Origin: a virus | Taxonomy: Duplodnaviria; Heunggongvirae; Uroviricota; Caudoviricetes | Direction: 5' to 3' (one strand) | IMG/VR virus record: IMGVR_UViG_2744054628_000009 | Location: 1 to 22,665 of that record | Length of the DNA: 22,665 nt | Shown: in pieces, positions 1 to 9,015 of the stretch | How the letters are laid out: each line of letters begins with the position of its first letter | How positions within the stretch are numbered: the stretch's first letter is position 1 | Program-made: the position numbers and the translations under genes | The notes under the pieces: generated by a model | Database searches by the model: none | The model's input: the letters and a program-made list of their open reading frames with translations, nothing else | Told to the model about the DNA's origin: nothing

Positions 1-258
1 ATGCAAACCGTTATTTTTGGTCGTTCGGGTTGCCCTTACTGTGTGCGTGCAAAAGATCTGGCTGAGAAATTGAGCAATGAACGCGATGATTTTCAGTATC
101 AGTATGTAGATATTCGTGCGGAAGGGATCACTAAAGAAGATCTACAACAAAGGCAGGTAAACCCGTAGAAACCGTGCCGCAGATTTTTGTCGATCAGCAA
201 CATATCGGCGGCTATACCGATTTTGCTGCATGGGTGAAAGAAAATCTGGACGCCTGAT
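1..258 (+). pseudogene. grxA: Glutaredoxin 1 with a single-base frameshift (possibly an assembly error)
   Basis: ATG at nt 1; translation MQTVIFGRSGCPYCVRAKDLAEKLSNERDDFQYQYVDIRAEGITKEDLQQ with the CPYC active site, then a stop at 166-168. The +1 frame continues GKPVETVPQIFVDQQHIGGYTDFAAWVKENLDA to TGA 256-258. The break sits at the A-run at 149-151 (AAA where AAAA would restore the frame). Confidence 0.8.
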
Positions 259-286
259 CGTCTGACAAGCCCTCGCGTTGAGGGCT

Positions 287-664
287 TTACTGATTTTTTC
301 TGTGCTGTGGTTTAAACAAACTACTGATAAATAAGAAACACAGTGCCCCCAGCGCACACCAGAACACCGCGCTTAGTAACCATGCCAGCTCTTGCCAGAA
401 TGAGCGCGTCGGTGAAAAAAACAGCCGCATAATGAGCATCGAACAGGGTGCCGCCAGCATTGCGCCAAACAGAGGTTTCAGGACTTCTCTACGCTGTGAA
501 AAGAAGCTGGCGACTGCTCCAGGAAGAATGAAAAATAGCAAGCCGATTTCAGGATGCCCGGCAGCCCGAAAAGCGCCTTTCATGTGCGTCGCCAGAAAAA
601 GGCACACCACAATGAAGAGGACAAAACAGCAGATTGCCCCCGCCCAACGTTGTTTATGTTTCAC
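287..664 (-). CDS. ybjM: Inner membrane protein YbjM
   Basis: 125-aa hydrophobic ORF (MKHKQRWAGAICCFVLFIVV...) in the position and orientation expected between grxA and ybjL in E. coli. Confidence 0.8.
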   Translation of the reverse strand: MKHKQRWAGAICCFVLFIVVCLFLATHMKGAFRAAGHPEIGLLFFILPGAVASFFSQRREVLKPLFGAMLAAPCSMLIMRLFFSPTRSFWQELAWLLSAVFWCALGALCFLFISSLFKPQHRKNQ

Positions 665-933
665 TCGTTCCTCCTGACACTGCGTCTATCGAACACATTT
701 TTCGCCAGTGTGGCGTTCAGTAAGATAAAGCCGCTTCGCATTCCATGCTAATATAGGCCAACGCAATTCATATAGCCGTTGATACCTAATGTGATTACAC
801 TAGTAAAATATATTGTTACTTTACTATCGTTTAGGTGCGCTGAATGAATCTGCGCCCTGAATTCTGGTAAAAAACATTATCGTAAATTACCATTTCTTTC
901 AACAGCTTACTAGTAAACAAGAAGTTAGCCTCC

Positions 934-2619
934 GTGAATATAAACGTCGCCGAATTGTTAAATGGGAATTACATTCTGTTATTATTTGTGGTCCTCGCGC
1001 TTGGGCTATGTCTCGGAAAGTTACGACTTGGTTCGATCCAACTGGGTAATTCCATTGGCGTTTTAGTCGTATCGCTGTTATTAGGCCAACAACATTTCAG
1101 CATTAACACCGATGCGCTTAATCTTGGCTTTATGCTGTTTATTTTCTGCGTCGGGGTCGAAGCCGGACCGAACTTTTTTTCCATTTTTTTTCGCGATGGG
1201 AAAAATTACCTAATGTTAGCACTGGTGATGGTTGGCAGTGCGCTGGTGATCGCCTTAGGGTTAGGTAAGCTGTTTGGCTGGGATATTGGCCTGACGGCCG
1301 GTATGTTAGCAGGCTCTATGACGTCGACACCGGTTCTGGTCGGTGCTGGCGATACACTGCGTCATTCCGGCATGGAAAGCAGGCAGCTCTCACTGGCACT
1401 GGATAATCTGAGCCTCGGGTATGCCTTAACCTATTTAATCGGTCTGGTGAGTTTGATTGTTGGTGCGCGTTACTTGCCGAAATTGCAGCATCAGGACTTA
1501 CAGACCAGCGCCCAGCAAATCGCCCGCGAACGTGGCCTGGACACTGATGCCAACCGTAAGGTTTATTTACCGGTGATCCGCGCCTATCGCGTCGGCCCGG
1601 AACTGGTGGCCTGGACCGACGGCAAAAATCTGCGTGAACTGGGTATTTATCGACAAACCGGCTGCTACATTGAACGTATTCGACGTAACGGGATTCTGGC
1701 AAATCCAGACGGTGATGCCGTGCTACAAATGGGCGATGAAATAGCGTTGGTAGGCTATCCCGACGCCCATGCCCGACTCGATCCCAGCTTCCGTAACGGT
1801 AAAGAAGTTTTCGATCGTGACCTTCTCGACATGCGTATCGTCACTGAAGAAGTGGTCGTTAAAAACCATAACGCTGTAGGTAAACGTCTCGCACAACTGA
1901 AGTTGACCGATCACGGTTGCTTCCTTAACCGCGTCATTCGTAGCCAGATTGAGATGCCGATAGATGACAACGTCGTGCTTAACAAAGGTGACGTTTTACA
2001 AGTCAGCGGCGATGCCCGCCGCGTAAAAACCATCGCCGATCGCATCGGCTTTATCTCGATTCACAGCCAGGTCACTGACCTGCTGGCATTCTGCGCCTTC
2101 TTTGTTATTGGGCTGATGATCGGGATGATCACCTTCCAGTTCAGCACATTCAGTTTCGGCATGGGGAACGCTGCCGGGTTGTTATTCGCCGGAATTATGC
2201 TGGGCTTTATGCGTGCTAACCACCCGACCTTCGGTTACATTCCGCAGGGTGCATTAAGCATGGTGAAAGAGTTCGGCTTGATGGTGTTTATGGCAGGCGT
2301 TGGTCTGAGCGCCGGTAGCGGTATTAATAACGGCCTGGGCGCGATTGGCGGTCAGATGTTGATTGCCGGATTGATTGTCAGTCTGGTGCCCGTGGTTATC
2401 TGTTTCTTGTTCGGTGCTTATGTATTGCGAATGAACCGCGCGCTGTTGTTCGGCGCAATGATGGGCGCACGTACCTGCGCGCCGGCAATGGAGATCATCA
2501 GTGATACAGCTCGCAGTAACATCCCGGCGCTGGGCTATGCGGGCACCTATGCAATCGCCAACGTCCTGCTGACGCTGGCAGGGACAATCATCGTCATGGT
2601 ATGGCCAGGATTAGGATAA
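934..2619 (+). CDS. ybjL: Putative transporter YbjL (AAE-family permease with central TrkA-C-like domains)
   Basis: 561-aa ORF with GTG start; membrane domains at both ends flank a soluble central region; matches remembered E. coli YbjL in length and sequence. Confidence 0.85.
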
Positions 2620-2731
2620 AACTGAAGTTGCCCTGAAAATGAAATTTTTTTGCACAACCGCAGAACTTTTCCGCAGGGCATCAGTCTTAATTAGTGCCAC
2701 TGCTTTTCTTTGATGTCCCCATTTTGTGGAG

Positions 2732-2775
2732 CCCATCAACCCCGCCATTTCGGTTCAAGGTTGATGGGTTTTTTG
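2732..2775 (+). terminator. Rho-independent terminator downstream of ybjL
   Basis: 10-bp perfect inverted repeat cccatcaacc (2732-2741) / ggttgatggg (2759-2768) followed by tttttt (2769-2774). Confidence 0.6.
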
Positions 2776-2854
2776 TTGCCTGAAATTTATGCCGTTTAAA
2801 ATCATGACGTTAGGAGCACTGTTTTTTAACGATGGCGACAAAATGGCGGCAGCG

Positions 2855-3073
2855 TCAAAGAGAGAGCGCCACCTGTCCTGATTTCATTGGATGCGGCTGA
2901 ACCGGATTTGACTCTTTTGGCGTTGCAATCGAACGAACAAAAGTTTCATGGGTAACAAAAGTATGGCTGCAGTTAATGTTCTGGCACTGGTTGTAACGCT
3001 CTTTGGTCAATGAAGATACCTGAAAACTGCTGCGAGTATGGGCGGCACTTCCACACAGTGGGCAAATCATCAT
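2855..3073 (-). CDS. ogr: Late-gene transcription activator, Ogr/B family zinc finger
   Basis: MMICPLCGSAAHTRSSF...KERYNQCQNINCSHTF... carries the C-x2-C...C-x4-C Ogr zinc-finger pattern, about 72 aa from the internal ATG. The ORF-track start at 3106 is probably an upstream extension. Confidence 0.8.
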   Translation of the reverse strand: MMICPLCGSAAHTRSSFQVSSLTKERYNQCQNINCSHTFVTHETFVRSIATPKESNPVQPHPMKSGQVALSL

Positions 3074-3163
3074 TTTTCGAGTTCTCCCCATTTTTGCTAA
3101 ATTCACAATAATGATACCGCATTATTCCATTTTGAAAACTTAAAAGTTCTCCATTGCGAAGAA

Positions 3164-4264
3164 TCACTCCATTTCGAAATCATCAATCTTCACTTCAAGC
3201 TCCAAACTGGTCGTAAAACCGTTATCCGGGCTGACAGTATGCGTCAGGGTGGTAATAGTCCATTCCGCATCATCTATCGGCTGTTTAAAGCCACTGACTT
3301 TCACTGGCATTTCCGTGTAGAGATCTGCCCGACCTTCTGCCAGTTGTAGCGAGAATGACGCAACACCGCGTTGCAGGCGTTCCCACTGCATTTTCGCTGC
3401 CCGCTCGGCGTTGCCCCGGTTGGCATAGGTGCGATTAAGTACCAGCACGTTTTCATCCGTACCCACCAGGTAATCGCCCTGCTTCGCTTCCGGCTCTTTC
3501 TTCTGCTTCTTAGTCCTGCGCTTACGCTTCACGGCAGTGCTTTCTTTCTTCGCGGGTTCACGGGTATGTAACCAACTGGCAATTACGCCCGTATAGGCTC
3601 CGCGATCTGCCAGGGTAAAGCGGTGACTGTCGCCGTCCTTACGTGTGATAGTGATCACCGGCAGTGGTTTACCAGTGGCGCTTTTGCCCTGTCCCTGCCG
3701 GATGAATAACAGATTGCCATTTTTCACCGACGCGATGGCACCGTACTGGCGCGCCAGCCGCATCAGAAAACTGCCGTCACTCTCATTAGTCTGGTCTATA
3801 TGCTCCACGGGCTTATCCGACAGGTCTTTACCCAGTGCCATCTTCAGCTTGTGACGCGCGGCTATTTCCTTCACCACTTCCCCGACAGTGGTCTTGTGCC
3901 ACGACTTTTCACGGCGGGTATTCAGCGTTTCACGAAAATCAGCACTTCGCGCCCGGATAGTCAGGCGGTCCGGTGCGCCAGTGTGTTCAATCTCGTCCAC
4001 CGTGAATGCCCCTTTCGGGAAAAGCGGCTGCCCCTTCCAGCCCAGCGCCAGCGTAATGACCGCACCACGGCGCGGCAGCACGATTTTTCCGTCGGCGTCG
4101 TCCAGCTCCAGATCAAGCTGGTCCGCTTCAAAGCCCCGATTGTCCGTCAGCGTCAGACTCATCAGGCGATTATCCAGGACAGTAGTGATATCCCTGCCCT
4201 CAATACTGATGCTGAATGCGGGAGTTTTGTTGCCCTTGTTAAGCAGTTCAGAGCTGAAATTCAC
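3164..4264 (-). CDS. D: P2 gpD-like tail protein
   Basis: 366-aa ORF immediately upstream of ogr with an ATGA overlap to gpU, as in P2; sequence recalls gpD. Confidence 0.75.
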   Translation of the reverse strand: MNFSSELLNKGNKTPAFSISIEGRDITTVLDNRLMSLTLTDNRGFEADQLDLELDDADGKIVLPRRGAVITLALGWKGQPLFPKGAFTVDEIEHTGAPDRLTIRARSADFRETLNTRREKSWHKTTVGEVVKEIAARHKLKMALGKDLSDKPVEHIDQTNESDGSFLMRLARQYGAIASVKNGNLLFIRQGQGKSATGKPLPVITITRKDGDSHRFTLADRGAYTGVIASWLHTREPAKKESTAVKRKRRTKKQKKEPEAKQGDYLVGTDENVLVLNRTYANRGNAERAAKMQWERLQRGVASFSLQLAEGRADLYTEMPVKVSGFKQPIDDAEWTITTLTHTVSPDNGFTTSLELEVKIDDFEME

Positions 4265-4746
4265 GACAGCAGCCCTCCCACCGTTTTACTGATATCGCTT
4301 AAAGCAGATGTTGCCGTTTCCTGCAGATTATTCAGTTGCGCACTGAGATCACCGAACATATCGGACAGGGATTCATCCACCCGTTTGAGCGACAGGGTGA
4401 ACTCAATCCGGCGCGGCATACCATCGCGGAAAAACTCCGTTTTAGTCTGATTCAGTCCCTCAATCACATACATGCCGTAAATCGTGCCGCTGCCTTCAAT
4501 CAGGGGCCATGCTTTTCCCTGTTCTGCCATCTGCTCCAGAGCCAGCAACGACAGCCTGCCGCCCGTTATCTCCGGCATAAGAACACCAGAAAGCGTCAGC
4601 ATGTCGTTGTCCGGTCCCAGAAACTGCGTGGACGGACGTCGGTTGACCCGGCTGTTTGCCGCATGTCGCCAGCTGCGTTGATACTGCAGTTCCTGATACG
4701 GCACAGTGCGCAGCATAAACACGTACAATCCCAGCACCATCATCAT
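4261..4746 (-). CDS. U: P2 gpU-like tail protein
   Basis: 161 aa (P2 gpU is about 159 aa); position between T and D; start/stop overlaps with neighbours. Confidence 0.75.
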   Translation of the reverse strand: MMMVLGLYVFMLRTVPYQELQYQRSWRHAANSRVNRRPSTQFLGPDNDMLTLSGVLMPEITGGRLSLLALEQMAEQGKAWPLIEGSGTIYGMYVIEGLNQTKTEFFRDGMPRRIEFTLSLKRVDESLSDMFGDLSAQLNNLQETATSALSDISKTVGGLLS

Positions 4747-5634
4747 GCGTCGTATCCCCCCTGATCGCTGTAGTTACTCCTGGCTTTTGCCTTCAGTCTG
4801 CGCTCACGTTCATCAAGCTGGCGGGCCACCTCCCGCGCAATATCCTGCGCACTTTGTCCTGGCTGCGTCTGAATGATGATCTGCGTCGGTGCCTCAATCC
4901 GGTAAATGGGCGGCACAGTAGCTGCACGACTCACCATCGCTTCACCGCCTTTCGCGGGAAGCGCCAAAGGATGCAACGGTGGAAACTCTGCTGGCGCGGC
5001 AGCAACGCCCATCATTCCGGCAACAACGGCAGCCAGTGCAGCTGTATTTTTCCGGCTGGTCACATTTGCCGGGCCGTTAACAATTTCCGGCCCGTTTTCA
5101 CCGACGATGCCAAACTGCCCGCGCGGGATATACCCGCCGCTGTCATACATCCCCGCAAAGCCATATCCCCATGATGGAAAACCACCCGATGGCATCATCA
5201 CTTTACCGTCTGCATTCACCGTCGCAGGTTGCTGACGCGTCACGCTTTCCGGCAGTTTTGCCTTTGCGGCCTCTTTACTGACAATGCCGAGCTTCTCCAG
5301 CAACCAGGAAACGCCAGATTTCAGGGAGTCCAGCGGATGCGTGACCATATTCAGCCCTTCCGCCAGTGCCTCCCCGAATCGCCGCCCCATTGCCGCTGCG
5401 CTCTGCAGTTCGGCAGAGGTCGACTTAACGGGCGTCAGCAGATCAGTAAACCAGCCCCACAGCGCCTGCACTTTGTCGCCAATCCACTGGAACACGGGCT
5501 TAAGCGGTTCGAACGCTGCACTGATGGGACCTGCCGCCGCTTTGAATCCTTCCACCACGCCACCGAGAAATGCGGTGATGGGTTGCCAGTATTTCCAGAC
5601 AACCAGCGCCACGCCCGCCAGTGCAGTAACCACA
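4743..5634 (-). pseudogene. T: Tape measure protein gpT, C-terminal fragment only
   Basis: About 300 codons of Gly/Ala-rich tape-measure-like sequence ending in frame at the U start. The roughly 500 N-terminal codons expected for P2 gpT are absent. The upstream boundary is a deletion junction near 5635-5645. Confidence 0.65.
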
Positions 5635-5991
5635 AGACCTACCTTCAGCCAGTTGCGGCTTATAGCTTTCCGGGCAGTTGCCCACGGCAATCAATGCCCC
5701 GGACTCATCAAACAAGCCCACTTCACGTATCCACCAACCGCCCTCGTTTTCAGGGATCACCTGTTCGGCAATAATCTGGCTGCTGTTCTGCGGGTCGATA
5801 TAAAGCATATTCAGCGCAGCCCGGCGTTTCTCATTTACCAGTGCCGTCTGCTTTGCGTCCGGCGTTGGCAATACTCCACTGCCATCGCCCACCGCCATAT
5901 GGGTAATTTTTAGCGGCACACCGAGCGCGGCGGCGCTGGCAAGTTTCGCCGCGCCAATATCCGTCAGCAGGGTATAAAATTTTGTGCTCAT
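5635..5991 (-). pseudogene. H: Tail fiber protein gpH, N-terminal fragment (about 116 aa) fused out of frame to the gpT fragment
   Basis: MSTKFYTLLTDIGAAKLASAAALGVPLKITHMAVGDGSG...ESYKPQLAEG matches the remembered gpH N-terminus; after ...LAEG the frame reads Cys/Gly/Arg-rich nonsense to a stop at 5500. Confidence 0.7.
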
Positions 5992-6593
5992 GGATTCACT
6001 CTCATTGTGTCAATAACATGGACCGCCCCGCCTTCATGCGCGGTGCCACCGGAAATAATCGTTTCGTTGATATACGGATAGATCGTGATTTCTTCGCCAA
6101 GATAGCTGGCGGCTCCCACCCAATGCGGGCCGCTGGTCTGCAGATTGATGGACATGCCGATCATGTGGCGGCTACATGGTTTGGCATCGCTTATCAGTCG
6201 CTCAAGTTCCAGATAGGTATCTTCAGTGATGCCCTGGTCCTGCACGCCGATATCCAGGCGAAACGTGCCCGGTGTTTCTCCGGTCTGCCACCACTCAATA
6301 ATGCGGATCAGGAATCCGAACGGCTCCACCACCCGCCGCACGGCACTGGTGGTCCCTTTATGCTGATGAATATAAAAAGCATCCTTCACCACCTGGCGCT
6401 TGACGCTTTCTGTCCAGCCCTCGTCCCAGCGATCCACAGAGAACGCCCAAGCGAGATAAGGCAGGAAACTGACCGGACAGGTTGCCGGATTCCACAAGTC
6501 ACGAAGCGGCACCTGCAGATCAGAAATCCCGCTGCAAGTTTGCGCCAGTCGGCGCTCCAGTGGTGTTGAACCCGGTGGCAGCAGACTATTCAT
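5988..6593 (-). CDS. I: Baseplate protein gpI-like
   Basis: MNSLLPPGSTPLERRL...RDLWNPATCP...LPYLAWAFSVDRWDE... matches the conserved gpI N-terminal motifs; 4-nt overlap with the H start. Confidence 0.75.
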   Translation of the reverse strand: MNSLLPPGSTPLERRLAQTCSGISDLQVPLRDLWNPATCPVSFLPYLAWAFSVDRWDEGWTESVKRQVVKDAFYIHQHKGTTSAVRRVVEPFGFLIRIIEWWQTGETPGTFRLDIGVQDQGITEDTYLELERLISDAKPCSRHMIGMSINLQTSGPHWVGAASYLGEEITIYPYINETIISGGTAHEGGAVHVIDTMRVNP

Positions 6594-6846
6594 CCGTTCC
6601 TCCGTTGGTTACGCTCCACTGCGTACATGATGCCGCCTGTGTTTTGTTCAGGACCACATCCGCCACCGTGCCGTCAGTGCGCATGACACTGCGAAACTCC
6701 GACAGGTCCACATCAGGCCAGAACGGCGTATTTCTGATGATTTCCGCCTGTTCCGGTGCCTGTTCTGGCGCAACAAACTTCATGCTGCTTTCTCCTGAAA
6801 TAGAGGGCGGTGGACGGGGTTTTGATGTGGCAGTGCCTTTCGCCAC
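6586..6846 (-). pseudogene. Remnant: about 40 N-terminal codons of head completion protein gpL joined to a short 3-prime tail (probably the end of gpJ)
   Basis: The IIRNTPFWPDVDLSEFRSVMRTDGTV motif resembles the gpL N-terminus. The ORF is only 86 aa and its stop overlaps the gpI start as the J stop does in P2. All of X, lysis genes, R, S, V, W and most of J are missing between M and I. Confidence 0.4.
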
Positions 6847-6878
6847 CCCGTGCCGCCCGTGCGCGGGGGCACGTTCTG

Positions 6879-7529
6879 TCAGCGGCTGTCATTGCGCAGT
6901 CTGCGCTCCAGCTGCTGTTTGTCTTTTTTCACGCCACAGCGGGGATCAAGCTGTAACGCATGGTTGAGATGATTAAGGGCGGAAGCCGGATTGCTTTCAC
7001 TCAGGACAGCGCCAATCGCTTTATGCAGACGCGCCCGTGACTGGTCCGGCATATCCAGACCGTCTGTCAGCTCCAGCGTCTGCAACAACAGATCGGCATC
7101 AAAGCCGGTGGCGGCAAGCATTGCGCTCTGCGCGGCGTCTGCCATTTCCTCTGCCAGCACGGTCTGCACGTTGCGGTTACCCAGCGGCATCACCCAGCCA
7201 TGACGCAGGGCATGACGCCCGATCTCCAGCGCCCCGGCATAATCTCCGGCATCAATGCGCCACAGCATCACGTACATCAGCACATCATCCTGTTGAGCGC
7301 CTCCGGCAGCCAGGACACCCTCTGCCCAGGCGGCGTACTTCGGCAGCAGCTCCACCTTGATTTCCGCTTTTTTGACCGTGGACTGAACACCCTTGAGACG
7401 GCGGCGGTCTTCCGCCAGTTGCAGCAGCATCAGGTCATAGCCCGATGCGTGGCGAACACTGCCGCCCTCGCGGGCGGCCTGTTCAGCCTGAACGCGCAGG
7501 CGATGCTGCCGTGCGGGACTCAGGCTCAT
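6879..7529 (-). CDS. M: Terminase small (endonuclease) subunit gpM-like
   Basis: MSLSPARQHRLRVQAEQAAREGG...AQQDDVLMYVMLWRIDAGDYAGALEIGRHAL... matches remembered P2 gpM from residue 1; GGAG ribosome-binding site about 7 nt upstream on the minus strand. Confidence 0.75.
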   Translation of the reverse strand: MSLSPARQHRLRVQAEQAAREGGSVRHASGYDLMLLQLAEDRRRLKGVQSTVKKAEIKVELLPKYAAWAEGVLAAGGAQQDDVLMYVMLWRIDAGDYAGALEIGRHALRHGWVMPLGNRNVQTVLAEEMADAAQSAMLAATGFDADLLLQTLELTDGLDMPDQSRARLHKAIGAVLSESNPASALNHLNHALQLDPRCGVKKDKQQLERRLRNDSR

Positions 7530-9015
7530 GGATTACGCTCCGGTTTCGGCTGCGGCGGCGCTGAAATCACCAATCTGGATGTTTTCCAACCGCAATAAAG
7601 GCCCACGCCGTCAGCCGGAAAAGAATGTTTTCACCGATGAGCAGATTGAGAAGCTGGAAGAAATCTTCCATTCCTCCATGTTCAACTACCAGCGCCACTG
7701 GTGGGAAGCCGGAAAAACCAACCGCATCCGCAACCTGCTGAAGTCACGCCAGATCGGCGCGACCTTCTATTTTGCCCGTGAAGCCCTGATTGACGCCCTG
7801 CTTACCGGACGTAACCAGATTTTCCTTTCTGCCAGTAAGGCTCAGGCCCACGTCTTTAAACAATACATCATCGACTTTGCCAAAGAAGTCGAGGTGGAGC
7901 TAAAAGGCGATCCGATGGTGCTTCCTAACGGAGCCACGCTTTACTTCCTCGGCACCAATGCCCGCACGGCCCAGAGTTATCACGGCAACCTGTATCTGGA
8001 TGAATATTTCTGGATACCGAAATTCCAGGAGCTGCGCAAAGTGGCTTCCGGGATGGCTATTCACAAAAAATGGCGACAAACCTATTTTTCCACGCCATCC
8101 AGCCTGACCCACAGTGCTTATCCGTTCTGGTCCGGTGCGCTGTTCAACCGTGGACGCAACAAAGCTGACAAGGTGGACATCGACCTGTCCCACAGCAATC
8201 TGGCCCCCGGCCTGCTGTGCGCAGACGGGCAATACCGCCAGATAGTCACCGTGGAAGATGCGGTGCGCGGCGGCTGTAACCTGTTCGACCTCGACCAGCT
8301 ACGCATGGAGTACAGCCCGGACGAATACCAGAACCTGCTGATGTGCGAGTTCGTGGACGATCTCGCGTCCGTGTTCCCGCTCAGCGAACTGCAGGCGTGC
8401 ATGGTGGACAGCTGGGAAGTCTGGACCGACTTTCATGCACTGGCCCTGCGCCCGTTTGGCTGGCGCGAAGTGTGGATCGGTTATGACCCGGCAAAAGGTA
8501 CGCAGAACGGCGACAGTGCCGGATGCGTGGTGGTGGCTCCGCCAGCCGTGCCGGGTGGTAAGTTCCGCATTCTTGAGCGTCACCAGTGGCGCGGGATGGA
8601 CTTCCGCGCCCAGGCTGACGCCATCAAAAAACTCACCGAACAGTACAACGTGACCTATATCGGTATCGACTCAACCGGCGTTGGTCACGGGGTTTATGAG
8701 AACGTGAAAGCGTTCTTTCCTGCCGTCCGGGAGTTTGTCTACAACCCCAATGTTAAAAACGCCCTGGTACTCAAGGCCTACGACATTATCAGCCACCGCC
8801 GTCTGGAGTTTGACGCCGGGCACACCGACATTGCGCAGTCATTCATGGCAATCCGTCGCGCCACCACCGCCAGCGGCAACCGCCCGACCTATGAAGCCAG
8901 CCGCAGCGAAGAAGCCAGCCACGCCGATCTGGCCTGGGCAACGATGCACGCACTGTTTAACGAACCGCTGCAGGGCGAATCCGCCAATACCAGCAATATT
9001 GTGGAGATTTTTTGA
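7528..9015 (+). CDS. P: Terminase large (ATPase) subunit gpP-like, probably truncated at the 5-prime end
   Basis: Walker-A-like LKSRQIGAT; 4-nt overlap with the Q start. The M start codon abuts this ORF with no room for the divergent promoters or for O and N. The first 20-30 codons of the ORF are probably not native. True start not determined. Confidence 0.65.
   Translation: MDYAPVSAAAALKSPIWMFSNRNKGPRRQPEKNVFTDEQIEKLEEIFHSSMFNYQRHWWEAGKTNRIRNLLKSRQIGATFYFAREALIDALLTGRNQIFLSASKAQAHVFKQYIIDFAKEVEVELKGDPMVLPNGATLYFLGTNARTAQSYHGNLYLDEYFWIPKFQELRKVASGMAIHKKWRQTYFSTPSSLTHSAYPFWSGALFNRGRNKADKVDIDLSHSNLAPGLLCADGQYRQIVTVEDAVRGGCNLFDLDQLRMEYSPDEYQNLLMCEFVDDLASVFPLSELQACMVDSWEVWTDFHALALRPFGWREVWIGYDPAKGTQNGDSAGCVVVAPPAVPGGKFRILERHQWRGMDFRAQADAIKKLTEQYNVTYIGIDSTGVGHGVYENVKAFFPAVREFVYNPNVKNALVLKAYDIISHRRLEFDAGHTDIAQSFMAIRRATTASGNRPTYEASRSEEASHADLAWATMHALFNEPLQGESANTSNIVEIF

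Noticed and set aside
432-751. Plus-strand ORFs 432-677 and 554-751
   Set aside because: Antisense to ybjM and extending into the promoter region; no support.
2732-2775. tRNA-like 3-prime fragment at the prophage junction (ggttcaagg motif)
   Set aside because: It does not fit a T-arm/acceptor pattern; it is better explained as a terminator hairpin.
2855-3106. 83-aa version of ogr starting at 3106
   Set aside because: The zinc-finger homology begins at the internal Met pair (3070-3073), matching the roughly 72-aa Ogr length; the upstream extension lacks a ribosome-binding site.
3371-4450. Plus-strand ORFs (3371-3571, 3645-3854, 3800-4450, 3888-4292) inside the gpD/gpU region
   Set aside because: They lie antisense to well-supported tail genes, have no ribosome-binding sites and give low-complexity Arg/Ser-rich translations typical of the reverse strand of coding DNA.
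4336-6967. Plus-strand ORFs overlapping gpU, gpT, gpH, gpI and the L remnant (4336-4764, 4906-5235, 5229-5774, 5284-5913, 5982-6569, 6482-6967)
   Set aside because: Same reasoning: they are antisense shadows of the minus-strand phage genes.
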